Origin: an uncultured Nitrospinota bacterium
Lineage (GTDB): Bacteria > Tectomicrobia > Entotheonellia > J063 > CAVPRW01
Length of the DNA: 64,000 nucleotides
Direction: 5' to 3'
Assembly: GCA_963707985.1 (NCBI GenBank)
Contig: CAVPRW010000031.1
Location: forward strand, 96,001-160,000
A program made the position numbers and the translations under genes. Every line of letters starts with the position of its first letter. The stretch's first letter is position 1. The notes beneath the pieces were generated by a model that saw only the letters and a list, made by a program, of their open reading frames with translations, did not search any database and was not told the DNA's origin. Of the stretch, positions 22,331-33,479 are shown one piece after another.

Positions 22331-22615
22331 CTAGGTTCGTGACCGCCACTCGCGCGGATCACGGCGCGTATGCAGGATGTCCAACACGACCACTTCATCG
22401 TTCACCAGACGATAGTATACGGCCTACGGAAACCGGCGGGTCAATGCCCGCCGGACGTCGCGGTAAACCGCCGTGTATATCTCCGGTGTGCGGCCAATGC
22501 GCTCAAGCACCTCGTCAACGCACAGGAGAAACGCCGACCCGAGCCCTTCGCGCTGGCGCTCATACCAGTCGCGAGCGTAGACCAAATCGGCTTCCGCTTC
22601 CGGGCGAATGATCAT
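22331..22615 (-). pseudogene. ParE/RelE toxin with premature TAG at 22424-22426
   Basis: RPEAEADL..WYERQREGLG..RRFP*AVYYRLVNDEVVVLDILHTRRDP. Confidence 0.8.
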
Positions 22616-22626
22616 CGGATCGGTTG

Positions 22627-22848
22627 CTACGGCTTCTGCAAGCGGCGCTTCACGTCTTCCCAGCTCGATCCTGCGTGCGGATCGGCGTGGTAGGCTGCTA
22701 GTCGGCGGTCGAGCTCATCCTTATGCGACTGCGGGACTTCGAGGGCTTCGACCTCGGCAGCAATGCTATCCCAGATTTCTTCTACGAGGAGGATGCGCTC
22801 GGCAAGGCTCAGTCGATCAATCCCCAACGATTTGGCGATTTCATGCAT
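22627..22848 (-). CDS. Addiction module antidote (TIGR02574-like)
   Basis: LSLAERILLVEEIWDSI, ELDRRLA, SWEDVK. Confidence 0.85.
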   Translation of the reverse strand: MHEIAKSLGIDRLSLAERILLVEEIWDSIAAEVEALEVPQSHKDELDRRLAAYHADPHAGSSWEDVKRRLQKP

Positions 22849-22891
22849 TTGGAAGCTTCCTCCATAAGAACCGCTCCAGAATATGCAACTC

Positions 22892-23140
22892 TCATTTTTT
22901 GCGGCAACCAACTGTGAGTCCCATCAGCGTCACCACGCTGACACCAAGAATGTCCTGCCGATCCATGTACTCCAGATGGTCAAAGGCCGGAGTCACTTTA
23001 TTGTCAGCATCGATCAAGCTATCAGTCTCAACAAGGATGAGTTGCGCCAGATCAACTTCCCCACTTCCACTGGCGAGTGTGACGGACCCATGCCGTGCTG
23101 TCTCTGAAATCCTCACAATCTTCCCAGAGTCCAATAAAGA
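22892..23140 (-). pseudogene. Truncated second copy of the DUF2281/VapC pair
   Basis: DNA similar to 21420-21660; LAQLILVETDSLIDAD. Confidence 0.75.
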
Positions 23141-23285
23141 GCTCTTCTGCCAACTTTTGGTACCAGTGATGGGACCTCTCACCCCGCAAGCTCTGTGCTA
23201 TGCATGGCGCGCACGCTCGATGCCAAGCGGCACGCTGTCAAGCGCATATACTCCAGAAGGCGGCTAAGCAACCGACCATACGGAC

Positions 23286-23585
23286 TCAAGGAAGACGCTG
23301 ACGCCATTTGTCGGGATTGCGAGACGTGTGAAACACACCGTAGACGGTCATCGTGCCTTCTACAGACTCGTAGAAGACCGCGTATGGAAAACGGCGCACT
23401 AATCCTCGGCGATAGCTTTCGTGGATGACCAAATGCATCTCGGGTGTACGGCGAATTGCTTCAATACACGCATCAACGCAACTCAGGAACTCCTCTCCCA
23501 AGCCGACCCGGCGTCCCTCATACCATGCGTAAGCCTCTGCAATGTCTTGCTCGGCCTCGGGCGCAATGATCAAATCAGCGGCCAT
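23286..23585 (-). CDS. ParE/RelE family toxin
   Basis: APEAEQDIAEAYAWYE, GLGEEF, RRFPYAVFY, FHTSRNP. Confidence 0.9.
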   Translation of the reverse strand: MAADLIIAPEAEQDIAEAYAWYEGRRVGLGEEFLSCVDACIEAIRRTPEMHLVIHESYRRGLVRRFPYAVFYESVEGTMTVYGVFHTSRNPDKWRQRLP

Positions 23586-23799
23586 AACGGCTTCGGACCC
23601 TTCGTTTGACTTCCTCCCATGTGAGTCCGGAGGCCGGGTTTTTCATCAGGTTGGTCTTTCTCCGGGCTAGCTCTTCTTTTTGCCAGTCGTGAATTGGTAC
23701 AGCTTCAGGAATTGCTGCAAGGTCATCCCACAAGTCCTCCACCAGTTGAAGCTTTTCCGACGGACTCAGGTCAAAGATTGAGGTAGCTGTTGGATCCAT
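23575..23799 (-). CDS. Addiction module antidote
   Basis: LSPSEKLQLVEDLWDDL, TWEEVKRR; overlaps the toxin start. Confidence 0.88.
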   Translation of the reverse strand: MDPTATSIFDLSPSEKLQLVEDLWDDLAAIPEAVPIHDWQKEELARRKTNLMKNPASGLTWEEVKRRVRSRYGR

Positions 23800-24112
23800 C
23801 TGAAACCCTCCGACGATTGTGTTCAAGCACGACGAGTCGTCCTGCCATCCTCTCTGTGGTCGCGTGTGTCAAGCCCCTTGGCTGGGACTATGTCCGAACG
23901 TGTGAATCTGCTGTTTTGGTAAACTGAAACATCATTGGCGCTGCTAGAACGATGGTGTTCCAGGTCTGGCGGCATAGGCAAAGTCAGGTCTATAAGCCAT
24001 CTCCCAGTGCACGGCTGACGACATCTACTGACATGCGGCAACGCGGCAGGCTGAATTCGAGGATCAGGCCTGTCCTCCCACGCCCCCGTCTCGGAGTAGC
24101 CTAACACAAGCA

Positions 24113-24192
24113 GCCTAACATAACACGCGGCGGGCAAGCACGAGCTTGCTGCGAACCTCTGGTTAATCGTCAGGTCGTTGCGGTTGTTCGAC
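24113..24192 (-). other. attC-like site
   Basis: Minus strand GTCGAAC just after a stop codon, ~80-bp imperfect dyad, ending GTTAGGC; second GTTAGGC at 24099-24105. Confidence 0.6.
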
Positions 24193-24198
24193 CGACGA

Positions 24199-24480
24199 TC
24201 ACTGCCGCTCACGGCAAGCGCTTTGACCAAGAAGGGTTAACGTGAAAACACCGACTGTGTCAGTCTGGCCGGTCGAATCGTCAGCCACGTGGACCTGGTA
24301 CTCGACTAGGCCGAGGTCGAAGACGGATTGAAGCTGTGACTCAGTGAAGCCGAGCGCGATGAGGTCCTCATAGAATCCGTCCGATACTTCATCGGGCAGG
24401 CTTTGCCTATCAAGGAAGGTAAGCAGTTCAGCTAACCTGTCCGCCGATGGAAAGACACCCTCTGATACAAGGCCGCGTGC
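24199..24480 (-). CDS. Hypothetical cassette gene, 5' end interrupted by IS remnant
   Basis: Acidic ORF ending just before the attC-like site. Confidence 0.45.
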   Translation of the reverse strand, partial: ARGLVSEGVFPSADRLAELLTFLDRQSLPDEVSDGFYEDLIALGFTESQLQSVFDLGLVEYQVHVADDSTGQTDTVGVFTLTLLGQSACRERQ

Positions 24481-24559
24481 GCCCCCGACGTCCGCATAGC
24501 TGAGTGGGGGATGCACCGATGATTTCGAGCAGCTCGGTGGCCAACAGGTAGCACCACAG

Positions 24560-25330
24560 TTAACCGTGGTCATGCGGCCAGCGCCATCGCTGGTTGTCAA
24601 TCTCGCTCGGGTGGACGCCCTCGGCGCATGGGTGGCACCCAGACTGGGAGTGGCACTTGGTAGCGCCACAGTTCCTGCATCACCCGCCGATGATTCGTCA
24701 ACCCGACGGTCATCGCCGGCATGCGCTCCTGCAACGTCTAGGGGGCTCGTCGCGGGGCCGCCACCCGCAGCTCACAGGCTGCCAGCAGCAGGTGTCAGCA
24801 ATGCCGACCAGCCACATCCCTGCCGTCACGATCGCCTCGGTGTGGGCGCTGGTCAGCCCCCGGCGGACCAGGGGGGCCAGGGAGGCGCGGACGGTGTCGT
24901 TGAGTTGTTCAAGGTAGGCTGGTAGTGAGTCCGCTACCGCTGTGGGTGGCGGCCAGCACGGCGCCGATGGCTGGGCTCGGTTCCCTGCACCGCGCAGCGC
25001 TCCACACGCCCCACCCAGCGGCTCCGCATTGCGCTTGACCACATGCTGATACACCCGCTGGACGTGCTGGCCCGGGCGGGTCAGCCACGCAGCCCCGGTG
25101 CGCTCCTCGACCCCGCAGGCGGCGACGATGGCCTGGGTCGAACAGCCATGGCAAAGCCCGGTCAGGACGAACGTCATCACATCCGCTGCCGTCCTCAACC
25201 GGTAGAAGGGTGTATCGTTGGTGGCCGCGAAGGTCTTAGCCACAGGCGGTACAACGATACCGCTGCTGCGCTTGGCTATGCACCCGAATATTCCCCTGCC
25301 CCATGTATCCTCCGGCAGGGCACTGCGGGT
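24560..25330 (-). mobile_element. Degenerate IS transposase (IS1/IS6-like)
   Basis: KTFAATNDTPFYRLRT, QAIVAACGVEERT, ERMPAMTVGLTNHR fragments across frames. Confidence 0.6.
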
Positions 25331-25869
25331 TATGGCAGAATTGGGTCGGCAGGTGCATCGTCGGCCTCCTGTGGACGCGATCAAGCACTCCCAATCATAT
25401 CACGTCTAGAAGGACGCCCGAAGGACCCGCTTTTTTCAAGACATCAAAGGGCTTACCACGGTTAACTGGGATGGTACTGCGTCCTCTGGTCCAAAGGCGA
25501 GGGCGATCGCTTCCCCGATTCCCTGCTGCGCACCCGTCACCAGCGCTACTTTCCCTGCTAAACGCATCGCCTTCTTCCATTTCATCGTGCCGATGCAACG
25601 TTGTCCACTCTCGATCTGACCGCCGCACCATCGTCAGGCTGCTTTGTCCGGCTGCGCCTGATAGCAGGTCTCGGGCCAATACTCACTCCAGTGCCGCAAA
25701 CTGTTTCCGGTTTGCCAGCCTCTTCCATTGGGTTGGGATGGTGCAGGTTTCTCGGTATGGCTGGAGAAGAGTTGTATGCAGGATCGGAGGCAGTGGCGGA
25801 GGCAGGACAACGGGAGGGATACGGCAGCGATGCAGGCTTACCGTCATATCCCTTCCCGCGCCAGCAGTC

Positions 25870-26612
25870 CTAACGCAGAGCGCCTTGTCGCTTCTCAGGG
25901 AGGAGAGAGCGTAGGGTCGCCTCATCGAGTCGACCCGTCTGTGGCAGCCGGTAGGCTTGCTGATAGGCGCGCAGCGCCGCTTCGGTCTGCGGCCCAAAGG
26001 TGCCGTCCGTGCTGCCGGGGTCGAACCCCAGGCCTTTCAGCTGGCGCTGCGCCTGCTGCAGAACCTCTCGATTTGAGAGGTCCAGCGGTACGCCAGTGGC
26101 CTCGAACCGCTCCGGCAGGATGGAACGCAAGGTCGTCTCATCCAGTCTGCCCGTCACCGGTAGACGGTAGGCTTGCTGGTACGCACGTAGAGCCGCCACC
26201 GTCTGCGGCCCAAAGGTGCCGTCCGTGCTGCCGGGGTCGAACCCCAGGGCTTTCAGCTGGCGCTGCGCCTGCTGCAGAACCTCTCGACTTGAGAGGTCCA
26301 GCGGTACGCCAGTGGCCTCGAACCGCTCCGGCAGGATGGAACGCAAGGTCGTCTCATCCAGTCTGCCCGTCACCGGTAGACGGTAGCTTGCTGGTACGCA
26401 CGTAGAGCGGCCACCGTCTGCGCGCCCAAGTGGCCATCGGCAGCCCCCGGGTTAAAGCCCAGGCCTTTCAGCTGCCGCTGCACATCACGCATGAGCTCTT
26501 GATCCAACACCTGTACTCGCCCGCTTGTGGGGCTGCGCGCCTCTGAGTGAAAAGGCAGAAACCCACCGGCGACTAGCAGGCTGATGCCAAGCATCACAAG
26601 GATTCGCTTCAT
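25870..26612 (-). CDS. Secreted protein with three peptidoglycan-binding repeats, frameshift near 26385
   Basis: Signal peptide MKRILVMLGISLL; QRQLKxLGFxPGxxDGxxGxQTxAALRAYQQ three times. Confidence 0.8.
25985..26420. repeat. Near-identical 216-bp (72-codon) tandem repeat
   Basis: gtctgcggcccaaaggtgccgtccgtgctg at 25985 and 26201. Confidence 0.9.
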
Positions 26613-26790
26613 GGCTATGACCTCCCTCTGTCGATTCGCGACAGCCGCGGCGCATCCGACTTCCCGATCTGCATTCCGGAAGCGGCGTACGTGAAGGCGG
26701 TTGTCTCCCGTTAACTCTTGAACGTCTTCAGATGTACCGGCTCTGTCCAGAGCTTGCACAATTATTCCAGCGTGTTTTCGAGACTGTTCA

Positions 26791-27568
26791 CTAACACGTG
26801 CCACCGCTCTCATCCCAGTACGGCGCGCGCTGAAGAGTCTGGTGTAGTCTGCTCTCATACGCCCGATCGAGCAGCATGGATGGGTCGTACTCCGGGCCTT
26901 CCTTGATCGTCTCGCGCAAGAGGTCAACCATGACGCTCGACTCGGTCCAACTCACCGAGTCGATCCACCGTGGCGACACCAGCACATGCTTACCCGGCCA
27001 CCAGTTGCGCGTATCCACGACCAGATAGCGAATCCCCCAGCTCTCGTCGTCCACGATGAAATCTTCGACATGGCCAAGATCGCCGTCGCGCGCCTGAATA
27101 GCATAGCCGGTCACCTCGCGTGCGCTGCGAAGGTAGGGGTCGCCCTCGGGCTGTCGCCCGGTCTCCATCTCCTGATAGGTGGAGCTGACGGCGGCCATGT
27201 CCTCCATTCGCGGGTACATTCCGGCGCCCCACAGACCCTGCCCGGCCCAGTAACACGGGTAGCCGTAATAGCGAGAGTACTCCCCCTCCAGCTGACGCGA
27301 GACTGGCTGATCGGTCGCGATGCTCGGGCTATTCTCCACCTGCTGCCGCGTCAGCGCAACGTCGAAGGTCTCCCTGGCCCACATCTGCCGATCGGAACGC
27401 GATCGGGGAGACCAGCACCAGCCGGCTGCTCAGCCAGCTGCCGGTGTTCGCGACGAGGTAACGAATCGTCCACTGCTGGTCGTCGAACAAGAAATCGTCC
27501 ACCGAACCCATGTCGCCGTCGGTGGCATGAATCGTAAAGCCGCGCATACCGCTCACACTTCGGAGCAT
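26791..27568 (-). CDS. PRC-barrel domain protein (frameshift near 27390)
   Basis: IHATDGDMGSVDDFLFDDQQWTIRYLV and IQARDGDLGHVEDFIVDDESWGIRYLVVDTRNW. Confidence 0.85.
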
Positions 27569-27918
27569 CGGTCTTCTCCTTCTGGCTTTCTTGAACGCCT
27601 GGACAACAACGGTGTGAAGGTTCGAGAAGTGATGATCGGCTGGGCTGCGTCTTCCTGACGCGAGACGCGACATGAGAGTGCTGGTAGCAGCGATGGTACT
27701 CATGCCGTGTCACTGTACAAAATTTCGCGTTTTCTCCGGCGAAGCCTGTACAGCCATCGCCCCTGAAGGCAGTCGGCTGGGTGCGGGAAGGACTGCCTAC
27801 AGGGGGCACAGTACGATCCGGCCACTACCGTGTGGTGCATCGCCACGCTCCGTTCGTGTGGCATGGTCTCATGCCTCGGACGCGGCTCTATCGTCGTCGC
27901 CATGCGCGCACTGCGCTT

Positions 27919-27993
27919 TTATATCCGCCCCAAGACGAACAGAATGATCAGGACTAGCACGATTGTGCCAAGTATGCCGCCGCCGATGTACAT
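27919..27993 (-). CDS. 24-aa membrane microprotein (DUF3309-like)
   Basis: MYIGGGILGTIVLVLIILFVLGRI with RBS gaggagg. Confidence 0.7.
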   Translation of the reverse strand: MYIGGGILGTIVLVLIILFVLGRI

Positions 27994-28519
27994 GTGTTTT
28001 CCTCCTCGGTCTCGATGTGTTCAAAGACCCGGCATGGGTTTTGTGCGACAGGGGGTCATGAGCCTTTGGCTCACAACCCATGATGAACATAAGTCGGCTG
28101 ATATGTTCGAGGGCGAACCATCCTGTGTCGTCCTTGGCTATTCGGCGGCGTCTTTCACCCTCTGCCCTGCTTCCGTGGGCATCCTCTCCGATGCACTCGT
28201 GTATCGACCATCCGATGGGCCTCGTGTCTGTCAGCTCTCATCCTTCTACTGTCATAGGATAGAACAAGTTTTTCAATAATACAATATATATTTATATATT
28301 TATTAGTAGAGTGGCGGCTACACCTAGGGGAGATGATGGTGAGCCTCGTGGCAATCATCTGGGCTCAGTCGCCAGGCATGTGAGTCTGCCGTGGAGGTAT
28401 AAGCAAAAGGTGTGGAAATAAGGGGAAGGTGGTGTATCCTCTCGAGTCACCACACAGTGTTACCCACGAGGAGGAGGGCCATCCTACGATTCTCAAATAC
28501 CTTTGAATGCCAGTGGATA

Positions 28520-28720
28520 CGCGTGCGAGGGGGGATCGGTCGTGGTGGGACCAGCTCACTGATGTCGACCTTGAGAAGGTTGGGGGCAAGAAAGCTATGT
28601 TGGTCGCGCTAGGGCCAGAAAAATACCGGTATGCGCGCGAGAGAGCCGAAACAAAAGGTCGACCGGCGCTTGCAGGAATACAGCGACAAGCTGGTGGCCG
28701 CTGTGGTTATCTTCCTCATC
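28520..28720 (+). pseudogene. CsbD-family remnant
   Basis: WWDQLTDVDLEKVGGKKAMLV..EKYRYARERAE. Confidence 0.55.
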
Positions 28721-28944
28721 ATGTTGGTGCTGGGCATGAGGGGACGGCGGTCGGTCTAACGGCACCCCTAGCCGAGGATCTCACACGTGCGCGGCGTGTC
28801 GCAGGGCGAATGATTCTCGGTCGCAGACGTCGGCACCCTGACGGGTCGAACCATACAGGAGCGGCTCGGGACGGCATCCGAACACCGGCCAAGCTATGGG
28901 CTTCGTCCCCCGTCACGTCTAGGCCTGAAAGGAGGTCAGTGCGC

Positions 28945-30769
28945 ATGCCCACTCCGGTCCCCCAGGTACCGCTGTTTCAGCTGCTTACGAGTCTGGCCCT
29001 GATCATTGCGGCGTTGTATTGGGCCCACACGGTCTTCATCCCGGTGGCGTTGGCGCTCTTGCTCAGCTTTTTGCTGAACCCGGTCGTCAGCGTGCTCCAA
29101 GGCCGAGGGCTGAGACGGACGCCCGCGGTGATCCTGGTCGTCCTCCTGATGTTTTCCTTATTGGGGGGCATCGGCTGGACCATTACGGCGGATTCTCTCG
29201 AGTCTCGCGGCTGAGCTGCCCCGCTATGAGGAGAATATCCGCCACAAGATCGCCGATCTTCGGTGGGTCGGCAACAGCTCAGTCATCGAGAAGTTCCAGA
29301 CCGCGGCCCAGAAGGTCATTGATGAGCTGCAGCAGACCAACAAACCTGCTGGGGAGACGGAGAAGCCCGTGCAGGTGGTGGTGCAAGGGCCCTCGGTGCT
29401 CTGGCAGCTGCCGTTGGCCCTGGAGCCTCTCGCAACCGCGGGTCTGGTGCTGATTTTGGTGATCTTCATGCTGCTCAAGCAGGCCGATCTACGCGATCGG
29501 CTGCTTGCGCTCGCCGGCTACGGCCGGCTGACGCTCGCCACCAAAGCGCTCGATGAGGCCAGCCACCGCATCAGCCGCTACTTGCTCATGCAGTCGATCA
29601 TCAACGGCAGCTTCGGGTGTGCGGTAGGCCTGGGACTGTTCCTGATCGGCCTGCCCCACGCGATCGTCTGGGGGTTTCTGGCGGCCATCTTGCGCTTTAT
29701 CCCCTATATCGGCTCCACAGCTGCCACGATTCTGCCGACGGCGCTGAGCTTGGCCGTTTTTCAGGGCTGGCTGCAACCCTTCCTGATCATTGGCCTGATC
29801 GTGGGACTCGAGCTCGTCCTTAGTGTGGGCCTGGAGCCCTTCCTCTATGGCCAGAGTGCCGGGGTCTCCACGGTGGCGCTGCTCGTGGCCGTGGCGTTCT
29901 GGACCTGGCTGTGGGGACCGGTGGGCCTCCTGCTCTCCACTCCCCTCACCGTCTGCCTCGGGGTGCTCGGCAAATATGTCCCGCAGCTGGGCTTCATCGG
30001 GGTGCTGATCAGCGATGGGCCGGTGCTGGAGACGTCCACGAGCTACTATCAGCGACTGGTCGCACGGGATGACGATGAAGCGCTGGAGATCGTGGACGAG
30101 TTTCTCAAGACCCATGCGCTGGAAGCAGTCTACGATGCGGTGCTGGTCCCCGCGCTGGTCGCGGCGAAGCAAGATCGCCAGCACAACTCCCTGGCCGAGG
30201 ACGATTGGCACTTCATCGTGCAGGCCACGCGCGAGATCGTCGAGGACCTCGGCACACGCCAGTCCCCTGCCGAGACGCCCGCTGCCGTGGCGGCGGCAGC
30301 CGTGGTCGACGGCCAGGGCCCCATCTCGCCGTCGACCATCCGGATGGTGGCCTGTCCGGCCCGTGACGAGGCAGATGAGGTGGCCCTCTTGATGATGCAG
30401 CAGTTGCTCGATCCGAGGCGGTACGAGCTGGAAGTGGTGTCCGCGGCGATGCTAACCGCCGAAGTGCTCTCCCTGATGGAGCAGCAACGCGCGTCCCTCA
30501 TCTGCATTGCGGCCCTTCCACCCGGGGCATCAGCTCCAACTCGTTACCTGTGCAAGCGGCTGCGGACCCGGTCCCCTGAGTGCAAGATTGTGGTGGGACG
30601 CTGGGGGTTCATCGGGAACATCGATGAGAATCGAGCGCTCCTCCTGGCAGCCGGAGCCGATGAGGTAGGGACGACTCTGCGTGAGACCCGAAGTCAAGTG
30701 CTGGCCTTGAGCCAGCTGCACGACTCTCTCGCCTCTCAGTCGTCGCCGAACGCACCCCTTGGGCCATAA
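28945..30769 (+). CDS. AI-2E family transporter with C-terminal cytoplasmic domain (frameshift near 29195)
   Basis: IPVALALLLSFLLNPVV, ISRYLLMQSIIN, LRFIPYIG, WTWLWGPVGLLLSTPLTVCL. Confidence 0.88.
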
Positions 30770-31543
30770 CCTCAGGGTGGGGAGCCCCACGCCCGTACGA
30801 TCTGCAGAGGCGTTGGTGAGGGATGAGACAGGTTTCTACTCACCCAGCTCCACGGTGGGGGGCAGACGTAACCCTCATTGAGATCGGTTTCCAGGTCGGG
30901 TGCGCGGACCACAGTCACTGCCCTGCACTCTTTCCGACGCACATCTCCCCTAACCCCCATAGTCTACCGCGACCACACGAGGCATGCGTGATGGGGGGCG
31001 CGCCGCCGTCCGGTCCACTCGGCCAGGACTGTCGTCGGTCGCGAGGGGTGCCACCGGGAACGGTCCGCCGGCCGCCAGACGCCCCACCATTAGCGGCCGT
31101 GCAAATCCACCGCGTGAGGGATTTGTCCATGGCCCTAGGGTTTCCGTCTGCTGGTTGAACGCTGACGGCTGAGCGCCGCACGCTGGGAAGGCGTCTTCCC
31201 GTTCCACCTGCACGATTGTCGCAAGATTCCAACATTTTTAGCAGGAATGTCACAGACGGCGCGGGACGCCTGCGGTACAATCCTGACGTACGAGTGGACA
31301 ACACCCGCAGGCGCTTCGCCGTACATATGATGCTGAGAGATGCAGGGTAGGCGTGCGCAATGCTTCCGGCCGACAAGGTTGCCGACACGATCAAGGACAC
31401 CACGCACCATGCTGGGGAAAAAATGAAGGAAGAAGGGCAGAAAGGGAAAAATGCGGCCCAATAGCCGAGGCAGCCAGATGACGGTTCTGTCGCAAACACC
31501 TATTCCAGGTCTTTGAACACATCCAGACGAAGGCGGAAGACCC

Positions 31544-31618
31544 ATGTACATTGGCGGAGGCCCGCTTGGCATAGTCGTGCTAGTCGTGATCATTCTGCTA
31601 GTATCGGGTCGGATATAA
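31544..31618 (+). CDS. 24-aa membrane microprotein, paralog of 27919-27993
   Basis: MYIGGGPLGIVVLVVIILLVSGRI. Confidence 0.65.
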   Translation: MYIGGGPLGIVVLVVIILLVSGRI

Positions 31619-31696
31619 AAACGTGGTGTGCTCAGGGGGACTACGATAGAGCCTCGTCCGAGACCTGAGACCATGCCATACGAAAGGAGAGCAGCA

Positions 31697-32089
31697 ATGC
31701 GCACAACAGTTATAGCCGGACTTATGGGCGTGATGATGGTCGTCGCCGCCGTGCATGTGGCGGCCCAAGTCGCGGGCACGACGACCCTCGGCGTGCCGGC
31801 GACGGAGATCACAACCCTCGCACGCGGGTGGAGCGCGAAGAAGCAGATTCTCGGGAAGCCCGTATACAATGACCACAACGAGAGATTAGGCGACGTGGAC
31901 GACATCATCGTCGCGCCCGACAAGTCCCTCTCCTACGCCATCATCGGCGTGGGCGGGTTCCTCGGCCTCGGCGAGCACTATGTGGCTATCCCCTTCAACC
32001 AGTTCAAAAGCAGCGACGGCAAGTACGTGCTGCCGGGCGCTACCAAGGACACGCTGAAGGCGATACCAACCTTCAACTACGCCAAGTAA
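31697..32089 (+). CDS. Secreted PRC-barrel protein
   Basis: WSAKKQILGKPVYN, GDVDDIIV, GVGGFLGLGEHYVAIP. Confidence 0.88.
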   Translation: MRTTVIAGLMGVMMVVAAVHVAAQVAGTTTLGVPATEITTLARGWSAKKQILGKPVYNDHNERLGDVDDIIVAPDKSLSYAIIGVGGFLGLGEHYVAIPFNQFKSSDGKYVLPGATKDTLKAIPTFNYAK

Positions 32090-32775
32090 GGCCAAGGCAG
32101 GATCGTCAGGCAAACCATGGCGAGCCCTGCCTGCGGATCCCGGAGGAGGCTCCATTTGCCCTCTCTGAATGACATGCCTTCTGCTGCTGGAAACATCGCC
32201 GAGGTGGACCGACCACGCGTGATGGGCTCAAGCACGCAAAGGCCATTGAGTGTCGGACATTGGGAGAGGAGATGACGCCATGTCTCTCTCGCGTCTCACC
32301 TGTCAGACGCAACCGGGGAAGACTCGTGCCGTTCGAGCAGGAGCTCCACCCACTGATGGCCATGGTGCGTCAGGTGGGTGGCCTGCGGGCGTGCCTCCCG
32401 CGTCACCACGTTGCTTCGCCCGGCGCCGCGGATGTGGTCTTCGGACAGGAAGTCGCAGATCTCGCGAGGCTCGAAGCCCAGATCAAGCACGTCACTGAGA
32501 CGACGGAGTTCCACCAGTGGAGTGGGCGCATGTCGGGGATGCTCACCCAGCCGCTGAAACGCGACATGTATCTCATCGTGGAGTATACGTGATCACGCCC
32601 CCGTGTGCCTCTACGCCACCAAGTGCCAGGTGGGCGCCTGGACTCCGAGTGGGGCACGCTGGGATTGCAGCCCCTGAGTGGCGCGCTGCCTGGCTTCGAC
32701 GTCCAGGAGGTGTGGGTGCCGTGCATCGGACAATCCACGCCTCGGTGATTCTGCAGGCCGTTGAGGAGGGAGGAA

Positions 32776-32856
32776 ATGAGTACTATCTTCATCGTCATTC
32801 TGGTGGTGTTGATCCTTGCGGGAATCGGATTGGTATCGCTATTTCGGCGCCGCTAA
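32776..32856 (+). CDS. 26-aa membrane microprotein
   Basis: RBS gaggagggagg; MSTIFIVILVVLILAGIGLVSLFRRR. Confidence 0.55.
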   Translation: MSTIFIVILVVLILAGIGLVSLFRRR

Positions 32857-32927
32857 CGACTTGTTGCGGCTCGCACGCATGTTTTGAAGTGGAGTGCTCA
32901 TGGGATACCGGCCAAAAGGAGACCATC

Positions 32928-33164
32928 ATGGATGATAGGGGCAAGACCTATAAACTCATCGAACTCGTGGGAGTCTCAGAGATCTCCGCGGATGAGGCAA
33001 TACGGAGTGCCATCGCCCAGGCATCTCAGAGCCTGAAAGGCTTGGCCTGGTACCACGTCACTGAGACACGGGGGCTGATCCAAGACGGCAAGGTGAGCGA
33101 ATTTCAGGTGACGTTGAAGATCGGGTTTCGCATCTTGAGCGAGGGCGAGCTCGTAGGCGACTAG
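32928..33164 (+). CDS. Dodecin (flavin-binding)
   Basis: YKLIELVGVS..AIRSAI..WYHVTETRG..FQVTLKIGF. Confidence 0.9.
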   Translation: MDDRGKTYKLIELVGVSEISADEAIRSAIAQASQSLKGLAWYHVTETRGLIQDGKVSEFQVTLKIGFRILSEGELVGD

Positions 33165-33479
33165 CCCGACCACGTCGGTGCATCAATACACCCTGCTCTT
33201 GGTCTTTTACCATCGGGCCAGGAGGAGGGCCAGGCACACCACAACGCTGCTGACCTGTCGGTGGCGACTGCTCAAGAGGCCCGCCGGTGTGTCCTCTGGG
33301 ATGATCTGTTCGCTGACCTCACAGAACAACACCGTGGCGAAGCGTTCGTACAGCACTGGAGCGCCTACGCGTCGCGTGAACCGAACAAAAACCACTCAAC
33401 ATGAGTATTCTCGAGTGCCGTTGCGAGAGCGACAGATTTAAGTGCCACTATAGACAACGAAGCCAAACCTGACCACGGA

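Noticed and set aside
22424..22426. Pyrrolysine or read-through at the in-frame TAG in ParE (also the TAG at 45421)
   Set aside because: The position is Tyr in the paralog (RRFPY), one substitution from TAG, in a decaying region; simple nonsense mutation
25985..26420. Non-coding repeat array
   Set aside because: The 216-bp period equals a 72-aa peptidoglycan-binding domain repeat within a CDS
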